From the NCBI GenBank assembly GCA_964482695.1, contig CAYZYP010000001.1, forward strand, positions 68,143 to 132,142: a stretch of 64,000 bases of DNA. The letters are read 5' to 3'. A program made the position numbers and the translations under genes. The notes below the pieces were generated by a model, which was not told the origin of the DNA, searched no databases, and saw only the letters and a program-made list of their open reading frames with translations. The stretch's first letter is position 1. Every line of letters starts with the position of its first letter. The DNA is from an uncultured Gammaproteobacteria bacterium. GTDB taxonomy: Bacteria; Patescibacteriota; Patescibacteriia; Magasanikbacterales; GWA2-37-8. Shown one piece after another: positions 63,633 to 64,000 of the stretch.

Positions 63633-64000
63633 ATGTTAAAAAGTTTAGTAAAAAATTTAAAATTAACACTATTATTGTGCTGCGTGGTATTTAGACGTGT
63701 AGTTTACGGTAAGGCCACCAGGAGTGTTGGCGTGCCGCGTAAGATTGTTATAGCTCAATTTTCTAAATTGGGAGATATGGTGTGCACTACCCCCATGTTC
63801 AGAGCAGTTAAAGAACATTTTCCAGAAGTTAAGTTGTATGTTATCGGCAATGCCACTAACAAGTTTATTCTAGATGAAAATAAAGATGTAGATCACTATT
63901 TTATTTATAATCATAATTTTTTTAGATTATTATTAAAATTAAAAACAGAACAGGCCGATTTTGCCTGCATGTGTGCGCCGAATTTTATCGGCTTGGCATT
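63633..64000 (+). CDS. Glycosyltransferase family 9, 3'-truncated by the window edge
   Basis: Manual translation gives MLKSLVKN...KIVIAQFSKLGDMVCTTPMFRAVKEHFPE..., with the GT9 N-terminal motif. Confidence 0.8.
   Translation, partial: MLKSLVKNLKLTLLLCCVVFRRVVYGKATRSVGVPRKIVIAQFSKLGDMVCTTPMFRAVKEHFPEVKLYVIGNATNKFILDENKDVDHYFIYNHNFFRLLLKLKTEQADFACMCAPNFIGLA

Noticed and set aside
1-64000. Alternative genetic code (UGA recoding) or prophage/DGR/retron
   Set aside because: Conserved genes are full length under code 11 with TGG for Trp; no phage, reverse transcriptase, integrase or transposase ORF is recognisable.

Overview
AT-rich bacterial chromosome segment (about one-third GC by eye), read with standard code 11, with almost every gene on the + strand. 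Gene content and the scarcity of Shine-Dalgarno motifs suggest a Patescibacteria/CPR (Parcubacteria/ABY1-like) genome; this is an inference. From left to right: surface and membrane proteins; lower-glycolysis genes (gap, pgk, eno, two gpmI) interleaved with aspS, scpA/scpB and a D,D-carboxypeptidase; valS-tyrS-argS; a PemK/MazF-like toxin-antitoxin pair; a high-GC single-gene island; an orphan histidine kinase; bactofilin; tRNA-Leu(GAG); ndk, gpsA, a class B PBP and murF; a large Zn-PLC/LTD/beta-helix surface protein; then a >24 kb glycan locus. That locus holds an O-antigen ligase-TPR protein, a heptose pathway, a HAD-UbiA fusion, WbpB/D/E-like genes, glycosyltransferases and asnB. The most striking features are several families of palindromic elements. 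One family is inserted in frame into protein-coding genes (twice into argS, which also carries an in-frame GTAG-type REP). Another family has conserved ends but divergent, fully compensated stems. No transposase, integrase, CRISPR array or rRNA was seen.
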